A stretch of 64,000 nt of DNA from Hydrolagus colliei (lineage: Eukaryota): positions 8,928,001-8,992,000 of the forward strand of contig CM068755.1 in assembly GCA_035084275.1 (NCBI GenBank), read 5' to 3'. The translations under genes and the position numbers were made by a program. The notes beneath the pieces were generated by a model. The model made no database searches. It was not told the DNA's origin and saw only the letters and a program-made list of their open reading frames with translations. Positions 36,611-50,900 of the stretch are shown one piece after another. Positions within the stretch are counted from its first letter, which is position 1, and the number at the start of each line of letters is the position of its first letter.

Positions 36611-39600
36611 CAATATCTCGGAATGGTGGAAAACTTTCCATTAGAATGATTGTCTATTTCTCTACACAGATTGTAATTTACAGCTGGAATGTGTTACCAG
36701 ATAGCTTGCTTCAGGATGCTAAACTCAATTAGGAAACCGCTTGATGCTGTAGTAGTAGGATAAATTGGGTGTTCTGGGAGAATTAATTCCAGATTACCTG
36801 TTGTTTTAATATCATGTTATGTATTCTAGAGAGTAAGAACTGGAATGTGTGCAACCTCTTGTCCATTTTGTTGCAGAATTGAATATTGCCAAGGAATATA
36901 TTCTTATTCTACTCCAGCCTGGATATCTTGAAGCCATTGTGTAAAAGAGAGCAGTACACCGGGACTATATTTCTGCAGTTTTGATTCCTTTCAATTATAT
37001 GTTTGCTTCAGATCACAGATGCAATGTACATAGACAGTGTACGGAGACAGCCTAAGGAATTTGGGGCATTACAAAGCTCTGTCTAATTTGCCTTCTTACC
37101 TAAAAGCACAGTACCCTCTGTGGGACAGGTGTGTACTAATATTGCAGTGACATGATATGCATTAAGTTGTGTTGTGTACCTTGGATCCTGTGGGGAGAAG
37201 AGGATATTTGAAGTGTCTGACAAGATTTAAGGACATCATAACAACATAAAACACTAACATTCATTGACGTGTCATTAATGTCATGTGTTCAATGATGTGT
37301 GTGTATATGGACCACTTGAAATATACACAAATGATTTCTATGATTAAAATTCATGCCCATGTTCTGAACAAAGAATGGGAAGATGCCAAGCTCATCAGGG
37401 GAACTCTATTCTTCTACTTCTTTCCTATAGGTTCCCATGCCAAAATGAGCTCTACCATCTTGTGAGATTCATGAGAAGTTTGATTACTGTAACATGGTTT
37501 TTTATTGGCTTAACAGTTGGATTTTATTGGATGGAAATTAAGTTAATTTACATATGAAGGTTATATTTCATACATCATCATCGATACACTATTTCTTCAC
37601 TTCTATGTGGATTTTAACCAGTTTTTTGTAACTTCAGCACAAATTGCATTCATAGTTTTGGTCAAGCAAATACCTTATTTTCAAGTAAAGTCAATTTCCA
37701 TTAACATCATTCAGATCTCTACAAACCACTCGTTTGAAATGATTTCAGTTCCATCAGCTCTTTTGCATGTTAAAGACGAAACGGCAGCTTTGAGCTAAAT
37801 AATAATTTGGTTCAGTACAAAATGATAGATGAGCATTTAAACTAAAATTCACCCACCTGCAATTCAGCAACTGACAATTGCTTGAAGTGCCCATTGCTGG
37901 GGTGGCCCACTACGCACAGTAAAGGCTTTAAATGAGCTGCAAATTTACAAAATAATTGCAGTAACTCCCACCAGTCTAGGCAAGCGGTTATGTGCAACCG
38001 TGAAGAACTGAAGGTCGACGAACTGAAACAAAGAACTCAGTGTGAGGCCCTCGAACTGTGTCAGAAATAAATACCCTGCGAGTGGCCATCATTTACAAGT
38101 AACCCCGGAGGCACAGTAATTGTTCTCTATAATGAGCCTTGTATTTTAATGTATCCGCACAGGCACCCATCCATCAAGTAAGGTTTCTTCTTTTCATGTC
38201 AGAGGGGATATTTCATTTTTTCCACAATTTATCATTCACACTATGCCAACCTTTCCAATTTAATTTATTTTTAAATCTCTGAAGTGGAGTTCCGATGTTT
38301 CTCACCAAATGTTGGCTTAATATGCCATTTGTAATGTTGTAATTATTCCATTTGTAACATAGTAATGTGCCAATATGGTTCACATTACACAAATTATGAA
38401 TTGTAAACTTGTGTGAACACTGAATAAGTGTAAATGAAGATGTCTATTCAAAGTATAAATGTTGTGTTTTTATAGTTTGTAGTTCTGTTTCCATTAGATA
38501 TTAATATTCGGACGATTAAATACATTCAGAGAATTACTGGAACTAGAAGCAATCTTGTAACTCAGTCATTTACTAAAACGCAAAATCTTCCCCTTAATAT
38601 CCTAATAGCATTCTCTTTCACTTGGGTGTTCCTGGGTTGTTTGCTTTAGAGAAGATCTTATTGAGTTTAACATGGATGGGCAATTTGGCTTGAGAGCTGA
38701 TTGGAAGCCATCTGACCCTGGGAAAAAAATTCAGTGCTAACTGTTCATACTGTGGTTAAACACAATACATTTTCTTGGTGGTAAATTGAACTAATATGCT
38801 TTTGGATACATGGAGCAATATCTTTAGGAACAATAGGAGTTATTTCATTATTCATGTTCAAAGTAGAAAATTTGTTATCACAAGCTGATGGTTATTCTGT
38901 TTGGCATTTTTATAAATTTGGCCCTTAGAATTCATAGTAAATTTATGGTTAATGATTGTGTACAATCAAATAAAATGTTACATTTATAATAGAAGGCTGT
39001 GCATGTTTTAAAATCACGTTGTATTGGCTATTTTGTAAAGGCAAATGGAAGATTTGCAAACCTGACTGAATAGCACGGAATAGTACTTGGTCCAAATTGA
39101 TGAATTGTCAACTATCCAACCTACTCCCCATGACATAAAACTGGGAGGTACTGTGCACATTTTGGAGCAAAGTAATTAAAACTTTGATTCTTCACGACTT
39201 ACAACTGAAGTCATAAATTTAGTGCAACATATCTGCTTTGGTTATAGAATTTCCTTGAAGCTAAGCCTGTGGAACAATAAACCTATTGTGCAAATCCTGA
39301 TTTACATAACTGGACAGAGTTAATTCAAAAGACTTTTATTCAATTTTGTCTCATGGTTCTGGATACAGCTGAATGTGATTTTTTTCCCCTTCCATAGAAC
39401 TACAGTATGAACAGCAAACGTATCCATTGCACTGGTCTCTTACAATTCATCCTCAAACTATATTTGCTATTTAATATAATTGCTAAATTATCTCATACCA
39501 GAAGAATGCAACATTGGAATCATTGTCACTCTCCCTTATGACTGCTATTTGTATGTTATTCTGCCGATTAGCTTGAATTAAATTGTATTGAACGAGAACA

Positions 39601-41262
39601 CAATCTGTGTATCTCCCACGGATACTTATTAAACCTGACATTTAGGAACAATGTTAAAATGTACGATTTACATTCTGTCATTTTGCCATAGTAGGACCTA
39701 ATTTAGGATGTAAAGATGGGAGAGTGGTGCAAATATACTTAAGAGAATAGATGCCAGATTTTTTATGAAAAGTATTAAAATGTTGCTACCATCCACTACC
39801 TTAACTGGTACCTTAATAAGCTTATTAACTGATTCAGTGACAGTGAAGACAACCATCAATCTGTATTGAATTGGACTGTTTATTGCCCCGTGTTTATGTG
39901 TCTGATTTCAGCTTATCAAATGCTCCATTTATCTTCTAAGGAGACTACTTTGATCCATTCCTGTTTGTGAGACCCTGGTGTGCACAAACTTGTTGCTGCA
40001 TTTCGCGCACAAAACACAGTCAATCGCTTTACAGTGTATCCTTGAGTCTTGACCATTTGATAAAACACTGAATCAAATGCAAGACTATTATTATTATTAC
40101 CTCGTACAGCTTCATCCAAAATAACTTCTCTTGCGTTTCTGTGGAATGTGCTATTTTTTTGCCGTAGGCACAAACAGACTGTATAGATACCGCATTCTCA
40201 TTCTCATGCTTCTGAGGCAAAATATATATCTTACAAGCATAATATTGCCAATTGTAATTCTTTAATTTTACAGAATAAATGATTGAAACAATATAAATGG
40301 TAAAGAAACAATGTAGTAAAAGGAATTGTACACAGAATGTACCAGTTGTTCAGAATGAAGTTTCAGAATCTCAGCATGGAGTTTCAGATCACTTCAAAGT
40401 GACCATCCCACACATGGTTTCATCCTCTGTCTGTTTGTGGCAGTGGGCCACTTGGGAGAGTGCAAACCAGTGGGTTGAGTGTGAAGCTGAGAAAAGCATC
40501 TAACTCATTGTGGCTGGAGAGAATAGTTTCTCTCTTGTTCTGTGGAATCAGCAGATTTCTTTAACGCGCCTTCCCTTTGCCTTGCACTTTGTTATTGTTG
40601 GCAAAGTGGGCCTCCCAGCGGGTGTTCAAAATGTCTCAAGACGCTGAAGATGTTTGAATGGGAATGTTGCACTGTTCTTCCAACTCAAGCCTGATGTATT
40701 CTCACTCATACTGCACCTCCACTTGTGGGTGGGTGTCTCAGAAGAATGTTTGAAACGCACGCAAACCTTAAGACATTTATATGGATGATTTCACATCATG
40801 ATTTCCACAATGCTTTAAAAGAGCCAGATGGTGTAATTTTGTTGTTGTTATTGTCGAATGGTTCTATTCTGAACATGTTCTTATTTGTTATTTTTATGTG
40901 TAGCCTATATCGCAAAAGTGCTGTTCCAACTCCTTCAGAGCTATAACAAATAGCGCAATGTTTATTTAATCTTACAATCCACTCACCTTGTTCCACAATA
41001 ATATGTTGCACAGCAAAATGTGAAACATTCCTGCTCTGCCATTAAGTTCATGTTGATATCCCATTATATGTTCTGATTATGAAACGTGTTTATCTGTTTC
41101 AGGAATGTTATCCCTGGTGTTTCTCTGTGTAATAAATAAGCAATTTTCGATATGGATATGATGGAGAGGAGTCCTTTACTGTGCAAGGTCTGTAGTAGTT
41201 CATACAATTACTTCCAATTGTCTGTATGTTCTTTAATAAAACATTACACTTGAGAAGAGAAT

Positions 41263-41586
41263 ATAATAATAATAATAATAATCCTTGCATTTGATGTAGC
41301 GCTTTTCACATCTTATCGACGTCCCAAAGCGCTTCACAGAATATACTGTAAACTGAATTGACTGTATATTTGTGGGCAAAATGCGGCAGCCAATTGCGCA
41401 CAGCAGTGTCGCATAAACAGTTGTAGATTGAAATGACCAATTTATTATAGTTTTTTTGGGGAGAGATTCTTATTAGGCATGTAGAGTAAGGAAACTTGCC
41501 CGAGGTTTCACCCTGATCTGCCTGGATTCGAAACACAGGTCTCACGCTTGTATGGCAAGTGCTCTAACAACTGAGCTGCAGGACTC
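41263..41586 (-). mobile_element. Full-length SINE, same family
   Basis: Highly similar to 36303-36610; B-box-like GTTTCGAATCC; (TTA)n tail. Confidence 0.85.
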
Positions 41587-41631
41587 TATATTAAAATCAA
41601 ACTAGAGCAGGTGTAGTGAGTTTAACAACCA

Positions 41632-42080
41632 AAAAATGAGCTATGAGGAAAGGTTGAGCAGGCTAGGCCTATATTCTCTAGAATATAGAAGAATGAGCGG
41701 TGATTTTATAGAAACCTGTAAGATTATTAAGGGGCACGACAGAGTTGATAGTGGGAGACTGTTTCCCCTGGTTGGAGAAACTGAACTAGGGGTCACAGTC
41801 TAAAAATTAGGGGTCAGCCCTTTCGCACTGAGTTGAGGAAAAACTTCTTCACTCAGAGGATGGTGAATTTATGGAATTCCCTACCCCAAAGAGCTGTAGA
41901 TGCTCAGTCCTTGAACATGTTCAAGACGGAGATTGATAGATTTCTTGTGGATTAAGGGATATGGGGATAAGGCGGGTTGGTGGAGTTAGATAGAAGATCA
42001 GCCATGATCTTATTGAATGGTGGGGCAGGCTCGAGGGGCCAAATGGCCTACTCCTGCTCCTAATTCTTATGTTCTTATGT
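41632..42080 (+). mobile_element. CR1 LINE 3' end (5'-truncated)
   Basis: ORF2 C-terminal remnant MSYEERLSRLGLYSLEYRRMSGD...FFTQRMVNLWNSLP; 3' UTR ending in TTCTTATG repeats typical of CR1. Confidence 0.85.
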
Positions 42081-43312
42081 AAAATGTTGAAATGTATAGA
42101 TCACAGTCCAGAAGTGAGTTGCATGTTTTCAGCCCAAGAGCAGAATGTCTCAACATACTTGTGAATTGGGGCATGTTAATGGTTAATTTATTTCACTATC
42201 TTCTTGCAGGACAGTGTCTTGCAGCAAATTTCCATGTTCCATAAAAATGTCACAATATATATTATACAAATCACATCTCTGTGGTATAATATAACCCAAT
42301 TTGCTGCATCATGAACACATGTATTTAAACACAGTATAGGTCAAAATCAGTTATTAACAACTTTCTACAGCTTTCGCCCGCAAGGCCCTATTTGAACGAT
42401 ATGAGCAATTTGGAGCGCATAATCTTCAAAAAGATTAGCCAAGCCATTGATGTATTTGGAGAGATGTCTGAGAAAAATGTACAGAATTTGGTAGTTCTGA
42501 TTCTTAAGTTACAAAGAGACTTTTCATTAGAATAAAGAACATTGAGATGACTACATGTCTCTCATGTAATGAGAGATGTGAATCATGTAGATGTAAGCAG
42601 GCAAATTAACTGCTGTTATGAGCTTACAACCAGGGAGCAAAGCATCAAGTAAACAGGAATGGAAGATGTTTCTCCCAAAGTGTAACAGACTAAATTAATA
42701 CATTGTTAATTAACACATTTTAAATAAGAAATATATTTGTATAAGAAATATGTTCTGGGAATAAGATTAAGGACAGACAGTAAAACAAGAGAGATATTTA
42801 GGTACCCAGTGGAATATATTAGTGCCTAGACTGCCGTGACTTGGAAATATTATTGATGGAATTCAGATGGATGGGACTAAATCATGTACTGTACATTGAA
42901 AGATTAGCTGGATATTCTGGAGTCACCAATTAATCTGCCAAAGACATTAACTTCAACAGAAATCAACCACAAAGGAATAAAACAGAAATGCACCCAACAA
43001 TTTAATAACTAAGAAATTCTTAGGTACAGTTACAGGCTTGGTGATTCTACAAGTACAAAAGCACAGTGTACAATTCAATTGTAAGTATTACACTTCTTTT
43101 AAAAAAAGCTTTGATTATCTACATCTAGACTATTACAAACATCAACGAGATCAATCTACATCCAAAGAAATGCTAAAACAAATAATGTAAACTTGGAATG
43201 TGACTTCTAAGTGTTGGTCACATTGATACACCATCACATACATGGTGATGAAGATACAAATCAGAAGCTAATCTATTGCTTTTAACCAAATTCCCTTATT
43301 AAAGTCAGGTTC

Positions 43313-46300
43313 TCACTCCTTGACGTACACTCGCGTGCAGACAACATCATCAGCAACCAAAGTCTGCAATTATAAAAGAAGATACAGTATATTTAAATGT
43401 TGGAGAAATAACATAGGAGGGATCTAGAACTGAACTTTTTATGAAGCAGCTTGATGGTGCAATGAGATAAGCATTGAGATGGTTGGTATTCTGGAACAAT
43501 GAGATAATTAGGGCCCAAAGACTTTCTTCATCCTAATCTCTCTCGTCATCGTATAATGTACTAATACATATATCATAATCCCTGCATTTGATATAGTGCC
43601 TTATCACATCTTCGATACTGCTCAAAGCACTTCACAGAATCTATTGTAAAGTGAATTGACTATATTTTGTGTGTGAAATATTTTGTCACATCCAATACTG
43701 CAGGCCCCACAATTAAAACATTTTCCCCCTTGGTGCATGAATAGGACCTGAAGATTATTAAAGCTGCCGTTAGGCAAGAATACCAACCCTTCTGTGACCC
43801 TGGCTGAATCTCTTTGCAAACTCAGCTGCTTTTTCTAGCTGGCACAATTAAAAAAGGGCAGAAAACAATTGAAAAGAAACATGTAAGCCTATAGAAGTTT
43901 AGGCGTCAAAGAAACTTTCAATTGACAGTGAAAATGTTCTGGTGTGAAGCGGTTAGTTTTGATACAGCTATTGGAAACTGTCAAGTCCAATACTTGAGGT
44001 TGTTACAAAGAAATTAGGTATAGATAAACACTCGGGTGCATGTTAGCACCATCTTTACCAAGAAAAGTAAGTAATACATTCCTATTTTAATATATTACAG
44101 GAATGAATGTACAGTACTAAGATGAAAGAAAAATATTTATTCCCTGTTCAGTCTTTTGCTGCCTTTAAAATAATGTTATTTATTCTGGGAATTGAGTTAA
44201 CAAGAATCATATCAGAAGTTCCTACCAGGATCAATTGATCGTTCACTAACTCTCGTGTCCAATGTGTTTTGGGTCCATCTCCGCTAAGAAGAGTTTGCGT
44301 GCAGTGGATCTTGTTCTCACTTTCCCAGACTGGAAAACTCTGCAGAAAACATGATGAGCATTGCAATAAGTCATAGCTTATTTCACCCACAAAATACACA
44401 GTCAATCCACGTTACAATATATTCTGTGAAGCACTTTTAGACATCTCAATGATGTGATAAGATTCGATATCAAATGCAAGGATTATTATTATTAGTATTA
44501 TTGTTATTGTTGTTATTATTATTATTATAGTGGTGGCTGGATAAACTGCACCATGGAGTAAAACTTGCAGGATTTGTAAATGCATTCCCAAACTTCCTTT
44601 TAGGAACATGTTTAGGAATACCACCCGTGGTGTCTCTGCAAGTGACTGCTTTGCTCCACACAGAGTCTGAGCGCTGTTGTATTGTGTTGACCCTGGAAAG
44701 GGTTTCTTGGAAGGATATAATGCAAGTGTTTCTAGATCCAAAATGTATTTTTACTGATGCACATCAGCACCAGCTCTAGTGATATGCCACATATTGTGGG
44801 TACCCACTAGGCTAGGGGGAATTCTGCCCCCATTCTAAGTCAATTCAATGGATGATAAAAAAAAAACACCCTGGGTATTTTTTATCTTGCAAATGCCAAT
44901 TGCTGAAATATATGCAACTGATTTGATTGGTTTAACTTAAAAATAGTATGATTTATATTAATTATAAAGTTATCTACCCAAGACAGCAGGCAAGACATGA
45001 TACAATGCTTTGCTGTAAAATGACTCCAAGCTGGAGGAAAATAAAGCACACTGAATATATGCTGTGATGAACATTTGTTATACTGACAACATACTTGTCT
45101 TTGCAGTTATCCAAGTGTATCTCTATTCAACTACATTTTACTGGAGGCAGTAAAGGGGGAACCTCTTTATCAGTGAACACTTAAAATTCAGGCTAAGTAA
45201 ACAAATTTAACTTTATTAATTGATTAACTTCTATGTAGATTCACTATTTGTGTGTTTGGCTGGTGATCAATGATAATTATCATTTCATTATCTTAGAGCT
45301 GAATATCAATCCTTTAGGGAGATTGTCCTTGCAAACGCATGGAGCTTCTTCGAAATTGCATGTCCTGCCTGATGCTCACTGATCGATAAAGAGCCTCAGG
45401 ACAAATTAAATAACTTACCCTTAAATAACTTTGAAGTGAACACTAAAAATACTGTATAGACACGAATCTCATCTCGGGTTCAGATATCCACCAAACCTTC
45501 TCTCACGGTCTATCTGGACTTTTTAATAAGCTTGCTCCCTGCCACGAGTGTGTTGATGGGGGACTGTGAGTTAGCAAACACTGCGAAGGAGCTCATCAAT
45601 GGCTAAAATGCTGCATCAAATGCAAGATTATTATTTTTATAATTTAAAATCTAACACTGAGATCGCTAATGCATTTTGTCCACTTAGGCTCCTTTGGCTA
45701 CTTTGCTGTGCTGCACCAAATAAACTCTCATCACTCAAACTGAAGAATTCAAAAACAACCAACAGAATTAGGTAAATAAATAATAAAACAGCATTACATA
45801 TTTATTAAATAATAAATAATTCAATCAAGTTGATCTTTGTTACTATTAATATTTCATGCAAATTCTGAAATTGAGACTCTAGAGTGAATGTTTCCCATTG
45901 GATAATTTAGCAGAGTTAGCACCTGTAAGTGTGTAATTGTTTTATGAGTCTATGTAAGTCTGTGCGTATGTTTGGGGGAGAGAGGGATTTTTCCTCTATC
46001 TTTAGGTTCAATCTTTTGTGAATAGATAATATCGGATATTCAATTGCACTCAGCCCTGTGATTAAGCTGGAGTGCAGGAGTATATCCATGTTTAAACCGT
46101 GATTTTGTGATTGTCGGTAATTCTACTGATTTTGGCCGTCAAGAACATCTTATTCCCTGCCATTCTGCAATTTACAGACCTTGGTGGTGTGATCTTATAA
46201 TGGGATTCTCCCATTATAAACTCACACCAACAAGCTCTGTAAATTTACAGAACAGCAGGAGTGAGAAGCTTTCGCCTGCCAAGTTAAAGGTCTGTAAATT

Positions 46301-47771
46301 TATGAACCTTTAGAGAATCACTCCTTTTATCTAATGTGGCTTTGGGCTCAATGTTAAATGAATGTCTACTTTAATCTGCAAGTTTGAGAGTTGCTCAGAT
46401 GCTGGGAGTGAGTTGTCTGTATTATAATTGACAGATGTTAATTTAAGTTGACATGAATAACCACATAATACATTACAAATGATGGACTAGCTAACTATTC
46501 ACTTTTGCTGCTGCCTGTGTGAGTTACTTATTTATCTATTTGTTGCATCTTATTTATTGTATTTTGCATTCCATTACAATATAGTGCAAATACATCACCA
46601 AATATCCTTGCTTTTCATTTCCTATTCTGTTTAATTGCAATTAGTCGCAACTTACATCATTGGGAACACCTTCAGTTCCTATTTATTTAAATGAAATAAG
46701 ATATAAACCCCTATGTAAACCATCAAAGCATGTTATCACATTCTTGCCTTGCATTTTCTCCCATCCACTGTTTCTTCTAGAAACTCCTCCCCGACTTTAA
46801 AGTTGATTTCAGTTGTTCTGACTGTGGTTGAGGTTTTGATGTAAAATTGGTCTCCATCCTGCTTGATTTCCACCAAAGGTTTGGATGCAGCAGCCACAGC
46901 CACTGTTCTCAGCATAGCATTCACGCCTGAACAGAACACAGCAAAGCTTATTACATTTATTGAACAAATTAGTCACTATCTTTAGTTCCAGAATGCAACT
47001 AAACAGTCAGTGGCATTTACAATATCACCAGAGGAGAGGCATGCGTCACTGAGCCAGTACACAATCACAAATTGCATTTATTTTCATTATATTTGTCTCT
47101 GCCTTGTATTGCTATGTTTTGATTTCAAGCAAAAAACAAGATTTTTTGCAAAAATTGATGCAATTCATAATTTACAAGACAACGTCAAGTAAATGGTGCG
47201 AAGGAATAACCAGGGCAACTACATTATTCACAATAACACACATTAACACACATTAATGCATCAGCTATTTTGCCTTGAGACCTTAATCCTTTTTAATATT
47301 ATGTAATCAACATATTTATAAGCCACCCAAAACATTTGTTTTTGTTAGTTAGATAGTATATTAAATACAAAGATCTCCGTAAAACTCATGAATCATTACA
47401 AAGGCATGTTATGAATTGCAATTTATATTGTATTTTATGATGATTTTCTGCTCCATTTTGATATTTAATAGTATAAAGCAGAATTTAAAGTGCCATAAAT
47501 AAGAGTAGATTTAATTATACAGTATTTGTGCAATGTTTTATTTTTTAATTTAAAAACAAGATGAAATAAAGCAAATGAGCCAATGTCTCATGGCTTATCC
47601 TAGAAACCATAATGATTTTGAAGTGGATAGATCTATGCGGTAAACTTCAGGGGCAGCACAGAAAGAAATTGGAATCATTAGGAAAAGAAAAGAAATCTTA
47701 CCCAACACTTTCAACAGCTCGTCAAATTTCTCACTGCTCTTCATTTTCCAAGTGCCTGCAAAGTTGAACAT
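43313..47771 (-). CDS. CRABP1: Cellular retinoic acid-binding protein 1, 4 exons, 137 aa
   Basis: Exons 47702-47771, 46748-46926, 44226-44339, 43313-43363 (70/179/114/51 nt, the typical iLBP structure). [30 protein letters not shown]...WTRELVND...CTRVYVKE*; retinoic-acid-binding Arg/Arg/Tyr residues retained; position between WDR61 and IREB2 favours CRABP1 over CRABP2. Confidence 0.95.
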
Positions 47772-47899
47772 TTTGTACGGCTGCTGTCGTAAATCCTGGA
47801 TACTGTGAGGTAGGTGCTCTGCAGAGTGAAGCAGTTTCTGATTACTGGCTCCTCTTAGACACAGCTTCCAGCTGATCTCTCTCTCCTTCTATTTGTGCC

Positions 47900-47990
47900 A
47901 GTCATTACTTGAAAGGTCTCAGCTATGAGTCACAATGCGCCCCTGGTGTCTAAACCCACCCATCAGCGGTCTTATATTTAAAGTGACAGC
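47900..47990 (-). promoter_or_regulatory. Candidate CRABP1 proximal promoter
   Basis: TATA-like TAAATATAAG on the minus strand at 47971-47980 and AP-1 site TGAGTCA at 47926-47932, 150-210 nt upstream of the ATG. Motif matches only. Confidence 0.35.
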
Positions 47991-50900
47991 ATCCTTTTTA
48001 TTGTACTTCTTTGTGGATGGAAATCATGCCCACAACATGCGACTATTTACTTATTGTTCACGAATGTGAACAAAAACCTCCTTAGTGGATTTGCTGAATA
48101 GAATAGCAATTTTACTCCAGTCATTACCTAGTATTCGCAGTTCTACAAAACTAAAATGCCGCTCATGATTTTGGAGTACTTGCACATTTATGAATTGGAA
48201 TTAGTTGATATTTCTGTACCTTAAATAATAATAGATTGATATTTTCTCCTCCACTTTGACTGCACTACACAGGGGTCATTATATTTTGTCATTCTACATA
48301 ATAGAAGGATTCAGTCTATAGTGTTCAGTCTAAGGCTATTTTGAATGTACCATCGGGAGGTGTTGGATGACGATCAGGAATGGGAACTCAAAATAATTTT
48401 TCCGTTCCTTACTCAGGGACCAGGAGCACAATAGTAGCACCTGAACTGCTGAACCATTTCACCACTGTGAGCTAACTTGGAACAAATTGGGACGAAAATA
48501 ATCTCAGTTCCAGGCTCAGGGCGTCAGTTCATCTTAGTTGGCAGCATTGAATGCCTCTGGATCATAAGGCTATTCACTCGTGCCCCTCATTGGGACTTGA
48601 GCTCACATTCCAGAGTTCTGAGGGAGAGTTACTTTGCTGGGTGTGCAATCATTTGGATGAGGCATTAACAGCGTCTTGTCTGGCTGTTCACATGAATGTC
48701 AAAGATCCTATTGCATTATCTGTGAAGGAAAAGAAAGCTTCTCCCAGTGCCCTTGCTAACAATCCTCCAGATAAATTTGTTATTGTGTTCCTAATAATAA
48801 TAATCATCCTTGGATTTTATATCACACGTTTCATGTCTTCTAGACGTCTCAAAGTGCTCTCACAGAATATACGTTAAAGTGAATATGACTATATATTTGT
48901 GGGCAAAACGTGACAGCCAATTATCAGTTTGTGAGACAAATCTGCAATCTGACTGCTTATAAATGCATATTCATTACACTTTCCAGTAATTACATGTGAA
49001 GCACGTTGAGATATTATGAAGTCCTAGATGCTACATCAAATGCATAGATTCATAGAAGGCATAGTTGAGAAACAATTCATTCAGCCCATCAATAGTCAGT
49101 TGGTATTTACAATATTTAAGTACTGTATACAAAGTTTTTTAAATTAAAAAAAACTTGTTTTTGAATAGTGCTATGGGATCTTTAATGTCTATGGGACTTG
49201 GGTTTCATCAGATGAACTGTACTTCTGACAATACTACACACCCCTAGCTAACACTGCATTGGAGTGTCAGCTTCTATGTATGTTCAAGTCTCGATGTAGG
49301 GCTTGAAGCCACAACCTTCTGACTCAGAGGCCAGAGTGCTATGACTGTGCCAGTTTGACACACATTTCTGAGATTCTGAGCAAACGGCAAAACAAATGGA
49401 ATGTTATTTATATATTGATAATGAAAGGCTGCTTGACAACTTAATGACCTGCTAATTCAGTGACTTTGGAAGGAGAACAGATGGAATTTCAGAGCGCCGC
49501 TTTTGTTGTGATGACACTGGGTGTAAACAACACCACAAACTTCTCACAATACAAAGGAACGCACCTTGGCAAAAATTGCAGCATCACATCAAACCATTTG
49601 GGAAACACAGGGGAAAAGGTTTGCGGTACTTTTCGGTAACAGTGCCTCTTTAAAATGCCTTGGAAGAATAGCTATGTAAATTCTCATTACACTGGGCCAT
49701 CTCTTTCAGAGATAATCCATAACTAATGCCAATTTTCAAAGCTTTCCTATTTAAAATGCTGTAATGGGGTGACAGCCTAAAGATTTATAAATTGCACTGG
49801 CCAGAGACTGCTTCATTTTTAATGACTAGTAGCTGATAATGATTAATTTCTTGTTTAAGAAGTTTAAGAAGTATATTAAAAAAACTTTTCAAATTGGAAT
49901 TCTGGTGATATTCCATTAAGCTTTAAAATACAAGATAAAAACAGAGGCTTTAATCTGTGTGCAAGATATAGATCAGTGTGAGGGTTATTGATCGAATATT
50001 ACTACCTGCCTAATCCCCGAGGCAAGATCAGGGCTTTGGCTCAAGCTCATCAATCTTCCAAAATTGCTTCAAATTACTTGACAACAAAAGAGCATCCCAG
50101 CCATACAGATGGGACTTTGGGGCTCTACTTCCCTTAACAAATTTGCTTAAATTGATAATAATAAGAATAAGATGGACCTTTGCATTGATTGACTAAAGAT
50201 CCAGAAAGATTTTAGTGAAAGAGAGTTCAACTACCAAAAGCAATAAATTACATTTATCTGACGTCCTTCAGAAATGGTTGGAGCAAAAAGAATATGCAAT
50301 AAATTATTTCTGAGGTGAGCTTAAATAAATGCCACTAGGAAATGAAAGTAAAATAAGTTAGCACACATAACAAACTTTTTTTTTGTGCTGGGTATAGAAA
50401 AGAAAGCAACACCAGATCATGCAGTTGTGAAAGGTTGCAGGTTTGAAGCTTGGTGTGTGCTGAGTGAGTTGATCTCAGCTGGGACAACAGTTTGGACATC
50501 ACAATAGGACTCATTGCTCCTGTTTAGAATGACTAAAATCAGCCAGGGTTCCCTCTCATTATTGCTATACAGAGACCCTGCTGGAAACTGGACCCCTGCT
50601 GGGCATCAGGTAAAGACAGGATCAGGCTTAGCTGTGATGAATAGCCTGGCAAAACCTACTGAGAAGGCTCACACATGAATAATACAAGAGTAACTTAGGT
50701 AAATTACCAGAGATTGAACCAAAGTCCATCACAAACTAAATGCAAAACGTCCACTCTGGTCCACACTTGCACAAAGGCAGTCCTTTTTAAACCAACACTG
50801 GCAGAGACCCTCAGGAAGTGTCTGGTGTTAGGTGGTCAAGGGATGGGGACCCTTAACAAAGAAAAACTGTCAACACAAAGTAAACTGTAAAAATAGATTT

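Noticed and set aside
39812-39827. 16-bp palindrome TTAATAAGCTTATTAA
   Set aside because: AT-rich and isolated; compatible with chance.
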